DNA of 64,000 nt from Neoconidiobolus thromboides FSU 785. Taxonomy: Eukaryota; Fungi; Entomophthoromycota. The notes beneath the pieces were generated by a model. The model was not told the origin of the DNA and made no database searches. It saw only the letters and a program-made list of their open reading frames with translations. Location: positions 19,457 to 83,456 of the forward strand of contig MU626348.1 of assembly GCA_025603075.1 (NCBI GenBank). The letters run 5' to 3'. Each line of letters begins with the position of its first letter. The first letter of the stretch is position 1. This document shows, piece after piece, positions 22,437-35,996 of the stretch. The position numbers and the translations under genes were made by a program.

Positions 22437-23419
22437 TGTTTGAGTGTAGAGCTGGCTTTTATAGTGATTTTTTGAAAGTTGTTGGTTTTTAGTTAAGGGT
22501 TTATATACTTTTTATGATTTCTAAATAGTTCATGAATATAAATGAAAAAGGACTGGATCAACTGATTTAATTCTTGGTTATCTTGTGATAGTGTTCTTAA
22601 ATAATTAATTGCTGTAGAACGCTATAATCTCTATTTATACCTTCAGAATTTAAATTTGGAACTTACTATTTGCCTTGAGTAAAATTTTTGCTGTATATAT
22701 TAATTAAAGCTATTATAACTCTTTTAAGATTTTTTTGCATAGGTTTTTGTAGTTGAATTATTTTTATAATAGATTACGAAGCTTAGTTTCTATATTATTT
22801 GAATTTTAACAGGATTTTGTCTCTTATGTAATCAGTTAGTAGGCCATAAAAGAGTTGCAACAGTTATAAAAATATTTTTTGCCTACAGAAGCAATAAAAC
22901 ATAATTTTCAAAATCACTCTATTTAGAAATGTTTCTTTCAAAGATAACTTAATTAGCTATTGAACTATTGGCTGTCTTAATTAAATAGCTGGTACTGTTA
23001 TAGTAAAGAAATGAGAATTTGTTGATTCAAAAACAATTGTATGAATAGAGGATATTAAGAATTCAAGGTTTATAGTAAGTTAAAGGGGTATATGATCCTG
23101 TCTATAGTTATAATTAGTCTTTGAAAATTGAAATTTATGATTCAAAGCAAATTGTAAAGTTGAGGCTTTTTACTATTGTTAATAAAATAAATGACAAAGT
23201 GATCGGTTAAAAAAATAAATCAAGGGTTTCATTACAGCCAATGAAATAACTAGATTTTAAAAATTTGAGGTTAAGTACTAATAAAATTAAGTAGTTGGCA
23301 ACTCCTTTTTTTTTCAAGTATTTGGCATTAGGAAAAAGGGACTTGAATTTTTTTTTAAAAATTGGCAATCACTAGTAACATCATTTAATACGAAAACTCA
23401 CTACTTGAGAAAACAAAAA

Positions 23420-26213
23420 ATGAGCGCAAATAGTTCAGAAGATGATCTGCCTTTGAGTGCTAGATTACTAAAAAGGCCGGCAGTAGCAAAACAGATAACT
23501 AATAGTAAGTATTTTATACTTGTTGTTGAAATAGTTCCTAAATAGCATGCAGGTATAAACAATCAACCAATAGATAATGGAAACTCTAGTGATTCGGATA
23601 TACCATTGTCTAAAAAAATATTAAAAAAGAATGCTCAGGTAAACTAAAATACTATATTAAAAGAAACTTTACTTAAAAAAGAAGAATGGTATTAAAAAAG
23701 AGAAACCCAATCCAGTTCCAAAACCAAAAGTTAAAAACGAAGCTACTTCTCCAAAGATAAAGAGAGAACCGACCACTCAAAAAATTAAAGTCGAAGCGGA
23801 TACTCCAAAGAGGAAACCCATCAATGGTGTAGAGTCTGGGAATAATAAAAGAGCAAAAGATGTTAAACCTATCAAAGGAGAAGTTAAAGATGAAGATGAA
23901 GATGAAGATGAAGAATATCAGTGGTGGCTCCAAGAAGGTGATGGTGATAAGTCAGTGAAATGGAATACCCTTGAACATAATGGGGTATATTTTCCACCAC
24001 CTTATGAGCCACATAATGTTAAAATGTTATATGACGGTATAATAATTAATAGTAAAAAATCAATAAAATTTATGTTATTTAGGGAAACCAATTACCTTGC
24101 CGCCGGAAGCTGAAGAAGTAGCTAGTTTCTTTGCTGCTTTGATAGAGTCGGACTATGCAAGAAATCCAGTATTTGTTAGGAATTTTTTCAAAGATTTCAA
24201 AGATGTTTTAAAAGAGTGCAAAGCAGTAAGAATTTAATTTAATTTTCCTTTGCTTTATTTATTTGTTTTAAAAAGGATACGGATATTAAAGAATTTAAAA
24301 AATGTGACTTTACACCAATTTTTAACTATTTACAAGCCCTTAAAGAGCAAAAGAAATCTAAAACTAAGGAAGAAAAACTTGTACTTTTTTCTTTATCTGA
24401 TTTTTCACATATACTTACTTTTTTAAAAGCAAGATAAAAAGGATAAAGAGGTTATTGATGAACATTATGGCTATGCCATCCTTAATGGACGTAAAGAAAA
24501 GTTGGGTAACTTTCGTATTGAACCTCCAGGCTTATTTAGAGGCCGTGGAGATCATCCTAAAACTGGATGCTTGAAGGTGATCTAGCTTTTTATATAACTA
24601 TTATTATATATCTAACTTATATTAATAGAGAAGAGTATCACCAGAACAAATTACTATCAATATTGGCAAGGAGGCCAAAGTGCCTACCCCACCACCAGGC
24701 CATAAATGGGGTAAAGTAATACATGATAACACTGTTGCTTGGTTAGCTACTTGGAAAGAAAATATCAATGGGTTATTTAAATATGTCCTTTTTGGTGCTA
24801 CTAGTTCCTTAAAGGGACAGAGTGATATGAAGAAGTTTGAAAAGGCTAGGGAGTTGAAGGGATGTATCGATGATATCCGTAGTACTTATATGGAGGAGCT
24901 TAAAGATAAAGTAGCTTCTACACGTCAAAGAGCTACTGCGTTGTACCTTATCGATCGCCTTGCACTCAGAGCTGGTAATGAAAAAGGAGAGGATGAAGCT
25001 GATACCGTTGGTTGTTGTTCCCTTAGATATGAGCATGTCACATTGGTACCTCCAAATACTTTAAAGTTCGATTTTTTGGGTAAGGATAGTATCAGATATC
25101 AAAATGAAGTCCAAGTTATTGAGCAGGTTTACAAGAATATCGCTATCTTTAAAAAATCACCAAAGAAAGAAGGAGATATGATCTTTGACCGTTTAAATGT
25201 AAGTTTGTTTTAATTTTTGTGTGTCGAATTTTAATGTTATTAGACTGGTACACTTAATCGCCATCTTGCTAGTTTACTTCCAGGTCTCTCTGCTAAAGTT
25301 TTCCGTACTTATAATGCCTCATTTACTTTCCAAAATCAGCTCAAAAGCACCCCAGAAGATGGCACTATTCATGAAAAATTACTTGCTTATAACCGTGCTA
25401 ATCGTCAAGTTGCCATTCTCTGTAACCATCAACGTTCAGTAAGTAAAGGTTTTGAAACTCAGATGGAGCGTATCGATGACAAGGTAAGGTTTTATGGTGG
25501 TATTTTAATAAATAGTAAGTTAACTGAACACTAGCTTAAAACTATGCAATTCCAAAGACATCGCCTCAAGCTAGAAATCTTAAGCCTTGATCCAAAGGCG
25601 GGTAAAAGGTACCCTGAACTTCTTGTTAAGGATGAAAATCATGATGAGTTTTGGTGTACTGAACATGTCGATCTGCTTATGGAAAAGGAAAGGGAAAAAG
25701 CAAGGTTAAAGTTTGAAAAGACAAATGTTGTCCTAAAAGAGAAAGGAGAAAAAGTGCAAGGAGAAAGTGTCTTGAAAGAAAAGTTAGATGAGCTTGATGC
25801 TGAACACAAAATCTTGCTGAAGGAGGTTAAGAACAACAAAGTTAGCGATTCCAAAAAGGTCAACACGGTAGAAAAGTTGATGGATAAGCTTGATAAACTT
25901 AACGCCCGTATCAGTGCAGCTAATACTTCAAAGATTGATAAGGTAAATTTATCGTGTCTACTCCAGCATGATATTTAATTTATTTAGGATGAAAATAAAA
26001 CTACGGCCCTTGGAACATCTAAGATCAATTATATTGATCCTAGAATTTCAGTCGCTTGGTGTGCCAAGTATAAAGTACCTTTAGATAAAATTTTCAATCG
26101 TACTTTACGTGATAAGTTTAAGTGGGCAACCATTGTAGATGAGAATTATGTAAGATTTGTTTTTTGTTTTTTGTTTCTTTTATCGAAAACTAATTACGAT
26201 TTAGGAATTTTAA
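23420..26213 (+). CDS. TOP1: DNA topoisomerase I (type IB), multi-exon
   Basis: [71 protein letters not shown], catalytic [11 protein letters not shown]; ends DENY/EF* after a final intron. Multiple short GT-AG introns. Confidence 0.97.
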
Positions 26214-26503
26214 AAATCAAACTGTTTTTATGTCTAGGTGTTAAAAAAATCCATATCGAGTATTAGATCCTTTTTAGCATCCAACACTTTAACTTCTTAT
26301 TGAGTGTATTTTACTTTTTTGAATAAAACCAATTAGATATAATTGTTTGGTCTTTATAGTTTGATAGGTGATGTAAAATTTATTAGTATAGAATTTTAAG
26401 ATAAATTAAATTCGACTTTGTATTGTGAAATTATAAATAACATTTTAACTTGACAACTATTTGAAAATAACGATTTTCTTTATGAATAGAAAAAGCATCA
26501 TAT

Positions 26504-26595
26504 GGGGATGTGTTTTTTTATTTAAGAATTTTACCAATAATCTTTCCACTTAAAAAGTGCTTAAAAAATGGAAAAGTAATGAAAAAAACACCTCC
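26504..26595 (+). mobile_element. MITE copy 15
   Basis: Flanks ATAT/GTAT; lies 3' of TOP1 and of the 26777 gene. Confidence 0.85.
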
Positions 26596-26776
26596 GTATA
26601 CAGTTGATACATAAATTGAAGCTATTATAATGATTGTTTAAATAACATAAGTCCTATTAAAATAAATACTTAATGAAACAATGACAAAATAACTTAAATT
26701 CAAATATACGATTTTTATGCAAGCGAAAAATATTTTTATTTCAGCAATAATAAAACAACATGGCCCCTTTAACATC

Positions 26777-27199
26777 TTATTCGGTTTTGATAGCAGCTTG
26801 GTTCTCATTACGTAAAGTACCAACAGCAATATTGTGAGAAGGAGATGCGACTTTTCCAGTAAGAGGGGTGTAATATTCTGGATTAAAACCACCATAAGGA
26901 AGGTAGTAGACGTTAGGAAGATAGCCACCATAAGTATTGATTGGGATAAAGGCTCTGCGCTCAACTTGTTGAATTACTTGTTTCTCTGGGAGGATGGTTT
27001 CAACGGTTCTGTAAAGGCCATGGTGTTTATGATGATGGTGACCAAAAACCTCATTATGTTTTTGGTATTGGAATTGGCCGAGATTGATGTAGGAATCTGG
27101 GGAAGCGAGCTCAGATTGTTGGTCACCAGCAAAATCTTTGATGAGTTTAGAGCTGGTAAGGCTAGCGAGGAATAAAGCACTGATGTAGTTGAATTTCAT
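26777..27199 (-). CDS. Secreted Cys-free protein, paralog A (conserved termini, His/Tyr/Gly-rich middle)
   Basis: 140 aa with signal peptide; shares QQSE.ASPDS.INLGQ.Q.QKHNEV and Y.P..G.VASPSH.I.VG.L.N.NQ.AI..E with 28260-28658. Confidence 0.85.
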   Translation of the reverse strand: MKFNYISALFLASLTSSKLIKDFAGDQQSELASPDSYINLGQFQYQKHNEVFGHHHHKHHGLYRTVETILPEKQVIQQVERRAFIPINTYGGYLPNVYYLPYGGFNPEYYTPLTGKVASPSHNIAVGTLRNENQAAIKTE

Positions 27200-27232
27200 T
27201 TTAGTGTAAGAATAATGATAAGTTTTTCATTC

Positions 27233-27240
27233 CTTTTATA
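27233..27240 (-). promoter_or_regulatory. TATA box of paralog A
   Basis: TATAAAAG on the minus strand, 34 nt from the ATG; identical spacing in paralog B. Confidence 0.6.
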
Positions 27241-28259
27241 CTAGTCCTTGGAGGAGTTTTATCAGCTTGGCCCTGTGTTAATTAGTTTAAGCAATTTTAT
27301 ATTAATATAATTATTGCTTTTTAGTTGGGTTTAAGCTAATTGAATAATATCGGTATGTGATATAGCTTTAATTATGACTTATTATGGTCATTGTGTTATC
27401 AAATCATTTTGTAATTAACTATTATACCTTGTATGATAATATTTTATAGTTTAAATTATTTTAACTGAATATTTCTAATCAGTATAAATTACTTTAATTT
27501 TATGAATGAAACGATGTTTAAACTATTATACTTGGCTATTTGAATACATCACTATTTAAAGTTTAGTGAATTTTACAAAACTTAGTACCTTAGTTTAGAA
27601 TAATCCTAAATTTAATAATAACACAAAACAATATAATTAAATAAATTAGTGTTTATTAAACTTTGAGCTTAGAGCTATTCTTATACTAAAATAACTTTAT
27701 AAGCCATATGAAAATGCCTGTAACCTACGAAATAAAACAGTTAATGATATAGCTCATCTAATTTGAATATTTATATATTTGTAATGACAAACTTTAATCA
27801 ACAAACACTTACATTAACTTTATTAAAAAATATATTAAAGGATATACATATCATCTAAAGTTGATTCTTATAGTCATTGAAAACTTATTTTAAAAAGACT
27901 AGTATAAAATACAATATCTAATTGATTACAATTAAATATTAACTGAAAAACTTGAATAAATGAATATACTTATTTCAAAGCTCATGTTTATATTTATATA
28001 TCTTTATATTAGGATTATTTTCCACCTAACATCAGACATAATCTTATTTGCTTAAATACAAATAAAGGAATTTTTAAAAATTATTCGAAAATTATTCAAA
28101 AATTATAAAGTTTATAAGATTTTAATGATCTTTTAATTATAGCTATAATTAAATACACTTATATTAACAATTTAACAAAAATATCAAACAAGTCAATTTG
28201 CTTAAAATATAAGTACGCAATGCAAGTAATTTTATTTCAAGTTAACAATAGCTATTGGC

Positions 28260-28658
28260 TTATTCCTTAGAAATAGCACCTTGATTGTTATTGAATAAAG
28301 AGCCAACGGAAATAGTATGGGAAGGAGAAGCAACAGTACCAGCAATTGGGGAGTAAAGTTTGGTATGATGACCCTTGTAACCTGGTAATACGTTGTAACC
28401 ACCAAAACGTTCAAAGCCACCGTGATAGACGGGTACTACGTTAAAGGTATTGAAACGGGTAAGTGGAACTTGAGGTAAGTAGTAAAGAGCTCCAGATGGG
28501 AAACCACGAACTTCATTGTGTTTTTGGATTTGGAGTTGCCCAAGATTGATTTTAGAATCTGGGGAAGCAATCTCAGATTGTTGCTCACCTGAAAAACCGG
28601 TGATAGCGTGGGAGCTATAAAGACTGATGAATGATACGGCAGGGATAAAGAACTTCAT
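28260..28658 (-). CDS. Secreted Cys-free protein, paralog B
   Basis: 132 aa; tandem duplicate of 26777-27199 with an unrelated central segment. Confidence 0.85.
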   Translation of the reverse strand: MKFFIPAVSFISLYSSHAITGFSGEQQSEIASPDSKINLGQLQIQKHNEVRGFPSGALYYLPQVPLTRFNTFNVVPVYHGGFERFGGYNVLPGYKGHHTKLYSPIAGTVASPSHTISVGSLFNNNQGAISKE

Positions 28659-28691
28659 TTTGATAAGTTGAGAATGGTGAGGAAGTAGCTA

Positions 28692-28699
28692 CTTTTATA
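28692..28699 (-). promoter_or_regulatory. TATA box of paralog B
   Basis: TATAAAAG on the minus strand, 34 nt from the ATG. Confidence 0.6.
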
Positions 28700-30459
28700 C
28701 CTTCTTCTACAAGGTCAACATACTGTTTATTTGATTGCTTGATTAAATTTTTTTAACTTTATTGTTATAATACTCAATTGATTTCTATTTGTTTGGTCTG
28801 GTGTTTATTGTTTGTAGCTAAACAATGAGGATAACAAATATCTTATATCAATTAATTATTAATGTAATTTAAAGTATTAACTTAACTTAATAAAACTGTA
28901 TTAATACACAAAACTGTTTTGACATAAGGAATAAATAAAAAAATTAATAAAGTTAAATTTAACAAATAATTTATTGTTTTAAATAAGTTAGCGTATTAAT
29001 AATAATAGTATGGCAGGGATATCTATAATGAAATGATTAGATTTCTATTGAATTAATATGTAATTATAATAAAAAAATCAGTGTGTGAATACAAAACTTC
29101 ATGAGAAAGTTATTTTTATAACTCAGAATTAGCATGATAAAAGCATCATTTTAAATAAAGTATAAAAAATTAAAATACTTACCGATTAGAAGAATACCAC
29201 TTTAAATGAAGGGTTTCAATTAATTAGTTTTAGAGCCTAATAAAATTAGATTAGAATGATTGTTATTAGAATATCAATTAAACTATATAGTTTATCAGAA
29301 ACTGCGGCTAAGCAGGGCTTTTTGTCAACAAAAGTTCTTCGTTAATTTCAGCCTGGGGCGACAAAGCGTTCATCATGATAGTATGATTTTAAATAATGAT
29401 GAGACTTACCTTATGAGACTTAATTCCTTAGGCAACTATCATTATTATAATAAATAAGATCTAAACTGAACAAACGATTAATTACTGTTTTTATCGTAAA
29501 ATAGTTAAAATGATTCAATAATAATATCAGAAACTTTTTCACAGCATTATAAGTTACCACTCAGACAGGGATAACTGTTATTGAATAAATATTTCATCAT
29601 TATATAAATCATTAATTGATATTGAAAGCTTACCTAGTAACTGATCAAAGTTAACTTTATCGAGATAAAAGATGTTAAGTTTAGTTTCCAAATTATTTAT
29701 ACTTTTTCAATCCATGTGAAAAAATTTTCGTTGGATTTGAACAACTTATGCAATTTTTAAAAAATGAAAAGTTTTAAACCAATTAAATGAAGTCAAAAAA
29801 GCTGCATATTTTTTAAGATGCAAAATAGTAAATAAAATACTCAAAAATTTCGAGTCAAAAATATACCTGCTAACTGAGGGAAGAATGTAAACAAATTGTT
29901 GATGAGCTAGGTCATGATAGTATTGATCAAAATAATAGCTATTCCTCGCTTGAGTAAAGAACAAGAATATTTAAAACCTAACTTTATTTCACTAAGTGAT
30001 GTGATTAGTGTTATTACATAAAATACCATGAAATCAAGATACTTAACGACCTGAAGACGTTTTTGTTCAATTTTAAAGAAAAGATAATAGCATATATCCT
30101 TTCAAATGAGGATGGTTTAATCACACCTCAAGAAAAGCGTATAACATGATTAAAACATCTATTAAAAAATGACGATTTATGTATTAAAAGTGGTCATTTT
30201 AAAGACATAGTAAGAGTTTATATATATTATCTATAAGGAGCATGATTAGATGGTATTTTGAAGTTTTAAGTCCATCATGTTTGTGTAACATCTCATTTAC
30301 AAAATATTGTAATAGACTCATGTAAAACATTTTCATTATTAAAACACCTATTATATTTAATTTAAATAATCAATCATCAAGTGTGCCAAAGAAGCGTGAG
30401 ATAACCTCATGCTGTTTGTCTTAGTGTATGGTAAGGATACAGAAATCATATTATCCTAT

Positions 30460-30558
30460 GGGGACGTTTTTTTCAGCCTCATCACTTTTTCCATCATTTA
30501 AGTGTTATTTGAGTGGAAAAATCGTTAGTAAAATTTTTACATATGAAAATACATCTAC
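30460..30558 (-). mobile_element. MITE copy 16
   Basis: Non-palindromic TSD CTAT/CTAT. Confidence 0.85.
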
Positions 30559-30766
30559 CTATGTTCAATATCAAAAAAGTTTAAAGATTCAATTGTTTAT
30601 AATGTATCATTTGTTTTTATATTTTATATATTTTGTATTTTATATTTTATTTAGTATAAATTTCAAGTATTGCTATTGCTAATGATACAATGCAAAATAT
30701 TTTGTGATTGATATTATTAAATGAGTGCCTATTAAACATTTTATAAATGTATTTTTCTGATTATGT

Positions 30767-30863
30767 GGAGATGTTTTTTTAGTTTCATTACTTTTTCCAT
30801 CTTTAAGCCCTGTTTGAGCAAAAAGGTTGCTAATAAAATTCTTAAACAAAGAAATACATTCCC
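30767..30863 (-). mobile_element. MITE copy 17
   Basis: Flanks ATGT/ATAT. Confidence 0.85.
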
Positions 30864-31121
30864 ATATTTTGAAAGCTCTTTATATGTGTTATTTGTAGTA
30901 CTAACAAGTTTAAGTCATAGTAGAAAAGTTCTGATATCAGCTATTCAACTACAGTAATTTTTTAGGTATTGCATTTAAAAGATACTATACAGTGTTGATC
31001 GTCTTCAAAGTCTAAAATTTTTTTATCAAAGGTTTAAATAAAATAAATACTAAATTATTGGCAGACAATTACCTTTATTTATTGTTTGAAATGTCACTTT
31101 AATCTAAATTTTGTATAATAT

Positions 31122-31219
31122 GGGGCTGTTTTTTTTAGTTTCATTATTTTTTCATTTTTTAAGCACTATTTAAGCGGAAATTTTGTTAGTAAGATTCTTA
31201 AGTACAAAAATACATCCCC
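31122..31219 (-). mobile_element. MITE copy 18
   Basis: TSD ATAT/ATAT. Confidence 0.9.
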
Positions 31220-32637
31220 ATATTTTATTTATAAAAAATTCATAATACTTTTAAAGTATATAATTAATATAAATGGTAAATTTTCAATATCATAGTAAGT
31301 GGATATATCAAAATAACTAAATAGTTTTATGACCATAAAAAACAGTAATTTGTTCTATTTAAGGATAGTTAATAACTATTAAAGCTAGCATCACAAAGCA
31401 CTTATATTAAACTAACTTATTAAGTATTAAACAATAGACAATATAAAACCCCTTTTTAAAAATTAGAGGCTAAAAGCTTATTTAAATAAACATGCATTTA
31501 ATATAACAAAGTAATGACACTGGTAACATAGAGTTTTAAAAACCGTTCCTAGGAGGTATTTCTTATCTAGAAGCATCTCCTTAAATATATGTTTTATTAA
31601 ATAACGCTATTTAATAAGACATATATTTAATGTTTCAAGTTATTGTCATTTTTAAAGGATCCAATACATTATAATCTTTTTATTATTCATTTTTTTAGTC
31701 ATTTTGATCTATCAATATTTTAAGATAAAGACATAGTCGTATTAATGCCATATCAAAATAGATTATGTAAACATTGGAACGTTTTTAATAACTATAACAT
31801 GTACTTAAGGATAGAACACTATTTAATAAATTTAGTCATTGATTAGACAATAATAATGATATATAGATAAAAAAGAAGATAGAGAATCTTCTTAATTAAA
31901 GAGTTCATATAATTGGATAAAATAAGATGAAATTTTATCAACTTTTTAAAACAAAAATCCCTCACTTTTTTTTCTTACTTTTTAGTCGAAGTTACAATTA
32001 CGCTGTAATTTTGTTAATTGAATTGCTTTATTAAGCAAAAATAATTAATTTAAATAAAAAAGGTCATAGCAACATCAATACGAATAAAAGTATTATAAAA
32101 ATTCATTAAACAGCAATCAAATATAGCTAAACTAGGTTAAGGGTATGAGATGTTTATTAATAAGTGCAACTGATACTACTCTATTTATAAATTTGAGTTA
32201 TTTTTAATATATTTTTAATTTTAAGTTAAATTTCGATTTTTCAAATTTTTACAGACTTAAATTGTTTTTACCCCAGTTTGACTACAGTGATTTGATAAGG
32301 GTTTAATAAAAAGAAAGGTAGAATTAACGGATAAAAAAGTAGTGAAATCAAAATCAACCAATTAAATGTACTCTTTTCATGCAATTTATTAACCTAATTT
32401 ATCTTTTAATGTTCTAAAAAAGCTATATGAAGTAATGATAGGAAATGGATTAGTACCCAGAATAAATGAAGGTTAATAGAATAAGAATAAAAGATATAAA
32501 TAAGCATAGAATTTCAGTTACTTTTGTCATATTTTCTTTGTTTATACGAGATAATAACAGTATATATAAATAATAATTTACAAAGCTAGTCTTTTATTTT
32601 TTTATTAATTCCATAATTCAAATCAATTGTATCTAAT

Positions 32638-33576
32638 ATGAAACTAAATACATCAACTATTTTATTAAGCTCAACTTTACTTTCTTCAGTATTATCCCAT
32701 TCATGGATGGATTGTATTGGGGATGGAAATCAAAAGTATACTGGGCCAAATCAATATTTCAGTGATGATTTCCATGAGTTTTGTATAGGTTTTGGACGTG
32801 GTTATCCAGGTAGAATGAATAGATGGATCAATGATATATATACTGTATTAGTTGAAAACCGAGGTGGAGCTAATCCAGCTGATTATAATGTTTGTAAAAA
32901 AACCCAAGTCTCTCAAAATTATACTAGTGAATTCCCAATGACTAAGACAAAGCCAGGTGCTAAACTTAAGATTTGGTATGAATTAGATAATCATTATACC
33001 AAAAATCCAACTTATGTATATCTTTGGGGTTATGGCCAACCTGGTAAAGACATTAGTAAATACTCAGAACAAGTCGAAAGTAACTTAATTATGAAGCATG
33101 TATTTGCTTTACCTGATAATCAGAATTGTATGGACATTCATAATGCTAATTCCCTTTGTTGGTTCTATTGGACTGTTCCAGAAACTTATACAAATGGCAT
33201 TTACTCCTTTATTTGGAACTGGAGATGGGATCAAAACCCAACTGGTGAAGAATATAATACTTGTTTTGATATTGAAATTCAAGGTGGTGATGATAAGAAG
33301 CCTGAACAAAGCACTTCCACTTATTCAACTAGTTCTGTAAATGTCCCAACTTCAGCTTCTTCAACTTCTGAACAAACATCAGCTTCTTCAACTTCTGAAC
33401 AAACATCAGTTTATTCAACTTCTGAGGAAACTCAAGTTACTACCCCAACCCCAGTTTATGAAATCCAACCTGAATACCCTATCCAAGAGCATAATTATTT
33501 TAAGCCAAAACCAGCTAAACTAGTACAAGGTGGTAGTAAAGAACCAACTAAGAAAAAATGCCATCAAAAATATTAA
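32638..33576 (+). CDS. Secreted His1 protein, LPMO-like (histidine-brace candidate) with Ser/Thr-rich linker
   Basis: 20-aa signal ending VLS then HSWMDC; second His in ELDNH; C-terminal CWFYWTVP..GIYSFIWNWRW..EEYNTCFDIEI; three TS(A/V)(S/Y)STSE repeats; basic tail. Confidence 0.7.
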   Translation: MKLNTSTILLSSTLLSSVLSHSWMDCIGDGNQKYTGPNQYFSDDFHEFCIGFGRGYPGRMNRWINDIYTVLVENRGGANPADYNVCKKTQVSQNYTSEFPMTKTKPGAKLKIWYELDNHYTKNPTYVYLWGYGQPGKDISKYSEQVESNLIMKHVFALPDNQNCMDIHNANSLCWFYWTVPETYTNGIYSFIWNWRWDQNPTGEEYNTCFDIEIQGGDDKKPEQSTSTYSTSSVNVPTSASSTSEQTSASSTSEQTSVYSTSEETQVTTPTPVYEIQPEYPIQEHNYFKPKPAKLVQGGSKEPTKKKCHQKY

Positions 33577-34484
33577 CTAGTTTAAAAAATCGAGCCTTGT
33601 ATTGTACTCATGATAATTAATAAAAGCTTTTTATTAAAGTACTTTACTACCAAGTTATTTTTGAATTTCTATTTTTATTTTTATTTTATTTTTTCTATTA
33701 AATTTTGTTATCTCAGAAATTTTCTTTATTAAACCCACCCATAAATTTTTGTTCCCATTTTATCCATATCAACATGCTTTTGAACGTTTCGAAGTTCCAA
33801 ATATTTGATTTAACTACTAATTGGAACCACCTCTCCATCCACCAATTTCATTTCACCACAATTAACTAATAATAGTAATTTTGAATATGAAAAATAAATT
33901 AATTTTTAATTAAATACAATAATATTAAAAACTTAATATTACTTCTCTTAAGAAGAATAATAGGTACTTAAACTTACTTTAGATATAAAAAATAATAGCT
34001 TCTAAATTCCCATTTTCTTATCTGAGTAATAATTTTTAAGCTGGGCTTTATTTTACCTCAATATCAGCTCCAGACTTAATAACTCAAAAACTTGGCATTA
34101 TTTTTTATCTTGTGATTTAATTACAGTGGTTGCTTCTATTCATTAAATTTCACTATCTTATTTTCATTCTACCGCTCAAGCTTACCATCATCATTCAATA
34201 GTTATTTCTGTATTAAATAGCTGTCCTTAAAAAGCTTGTTATTTTCAGTTCCATCGACCAAATATGTTTTTGGACTTTTATATTAATATGATCTAAATGA
34301 GATCATTTAAAGCAGTTCAAAGTTATGGCTCTTTTCATTAAATTAGATCATACTTTAATGTATTATAACTAAATGTATTACAATAAGGCTTGTTGGTTTA
34401 ATTATTGTTACTGTGTCTTTGAGAAGAAATCAAATTAAAATCTATATTATTTTTAAAAATTTTATTACAAATTAGTTTTATAAT

Positions 34485-34578
34485 GGGGATGTACTTTTTT
34501 AACAATTTTATTAACAATTTTTCATTTAAATAGCATTTAAAAAGCAAAAAAGTGATGAAGTCAAAAAAGACGCCCCCC
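34485..34578 (+). mobile_element. MITE copy 19
   Basis: Non-palindromic TSD TAAT/TAAT. Confidence 0.85.
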
Positions 34579-35555
34579 TAATTATGTTAAATTTTATTAG
34601 CTGACGAATTTTTAGAAATTTTATCGAAATTATATTTAAGGTTATCAACTTCATTAACACTAACTAAATGTTTAGTTAAATAAAGTTTAAGATGAAAATA
34701 GTATCACATTTTAATTGTTTACAGAATCATCTCTAATCATCTACTTATTTTTCTATGTGAAGGTGCTCAAAGCTTATTATTTTTAAAAATAAGTTTAAGA
34801 GACTAAAGGGCATTTAGAGAGGACTTTAATGGAATAAATATTGTTACCTAATTGCTCATCTTTTCAGAAAAGATTTCCTTCCATGAAATACACCATTTAA
34901 TGCATAAAGAAAAGCCTTTTTTAAATGCTTCAAAGCTTGTGCCAAAGCACTTCATTAATCAGTATTCTTGTTTAACTTGTATAGGCTTTTTATTTTGTTT
35001 GATAACTACTTTTTTTAAAAAAATCCAGAATTCTTTGAATTCTGTGCTTTCATTTGTGATAAAATAAGAGAGGGATTATGGAAAATTCAGGGATAGCCTA
35101 GGGCGATTTTTAAGGAAAGAGTCACAATCTGCAATAAAACTACTAATGGCTACTAGTAATACTTGACAATCACTCTTAGCATTGTTACCAAAAGATAGTT
35201 TTCATACTAGCCAAATTTTCACTTGAGCTATGCCAAAGGAGCTGCAACTAACCAATTTAATTCAATGCCTTCTTAAGATTTATTTGGTTAGCTGAAGCTA
35301 GCTGTATGCCAGAAATTTATACTAACCGTAACTTTGAAAAATATATTAATACGTTTCCCGACAATAATGTGTTAATTTGCAGATGTTGCAATAACATAGG
35401 GAAAATAAAAGTACTTTTTACATAAGTTGACTTTTAATGGCTTTTTAATATTATTTGATATTTACATAATTCAATTTCCTATTATCGCTTATATATTTTT
35501 TAAAAGTTTGTTAAAATTAAATAGTATTTATAGAATATTGAATGAGCTATTATAT

Positions 35556-35653
35556 GGGGACGTATTTTTGTATTTAAGAATTTTACTACCAAATTTTCCG
35601 CTTAAATAGCGCTTAAAAAATGGTAAAAATAATGAAGTTAAAAAAACAGTCTC
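35556..35653 (+). mobile_element. MITE copy 20
   Basis: TSD ATAT/ATAT. Confidence 0.9.
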
Positions 35654-35996
35654 ATATTGTAGATTTATTTGCATCAGAAAATAACTAAATATAATATTGA
35701 ACTTAAATTTTATCAATATTTATTTTTGATACCATAAAAGATAACATAATTTATTTGTATAAAATTTCATAGAAATCAAGATAAGATTGTGAAGAGAAAA
35801 ACCAAGAGATATAATAATAATAATTATTGTTCATACAAAAGGTATGACTTATTAAAGTCAATTAAATTCATGAAAGTAAAGAATAGAGGGTATACTTATA
35901 TTGGGCTTAAGGTTGATAAATACTATCAATTTTAAAAATACTATGTATAATAATCCAAGCACCATAAGTGGTCAAACTGAAAAGAATCTTATTGAT

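Noticed and set aside
34850-35420. Possible retroelement relic (includes LICRCCN, W-position stops)
   Set aside because: No RT, RNase H or integrase motif could be identified; too degraded to call. The same applies to 22560-23150, 29500-30400 and 43100-44600.
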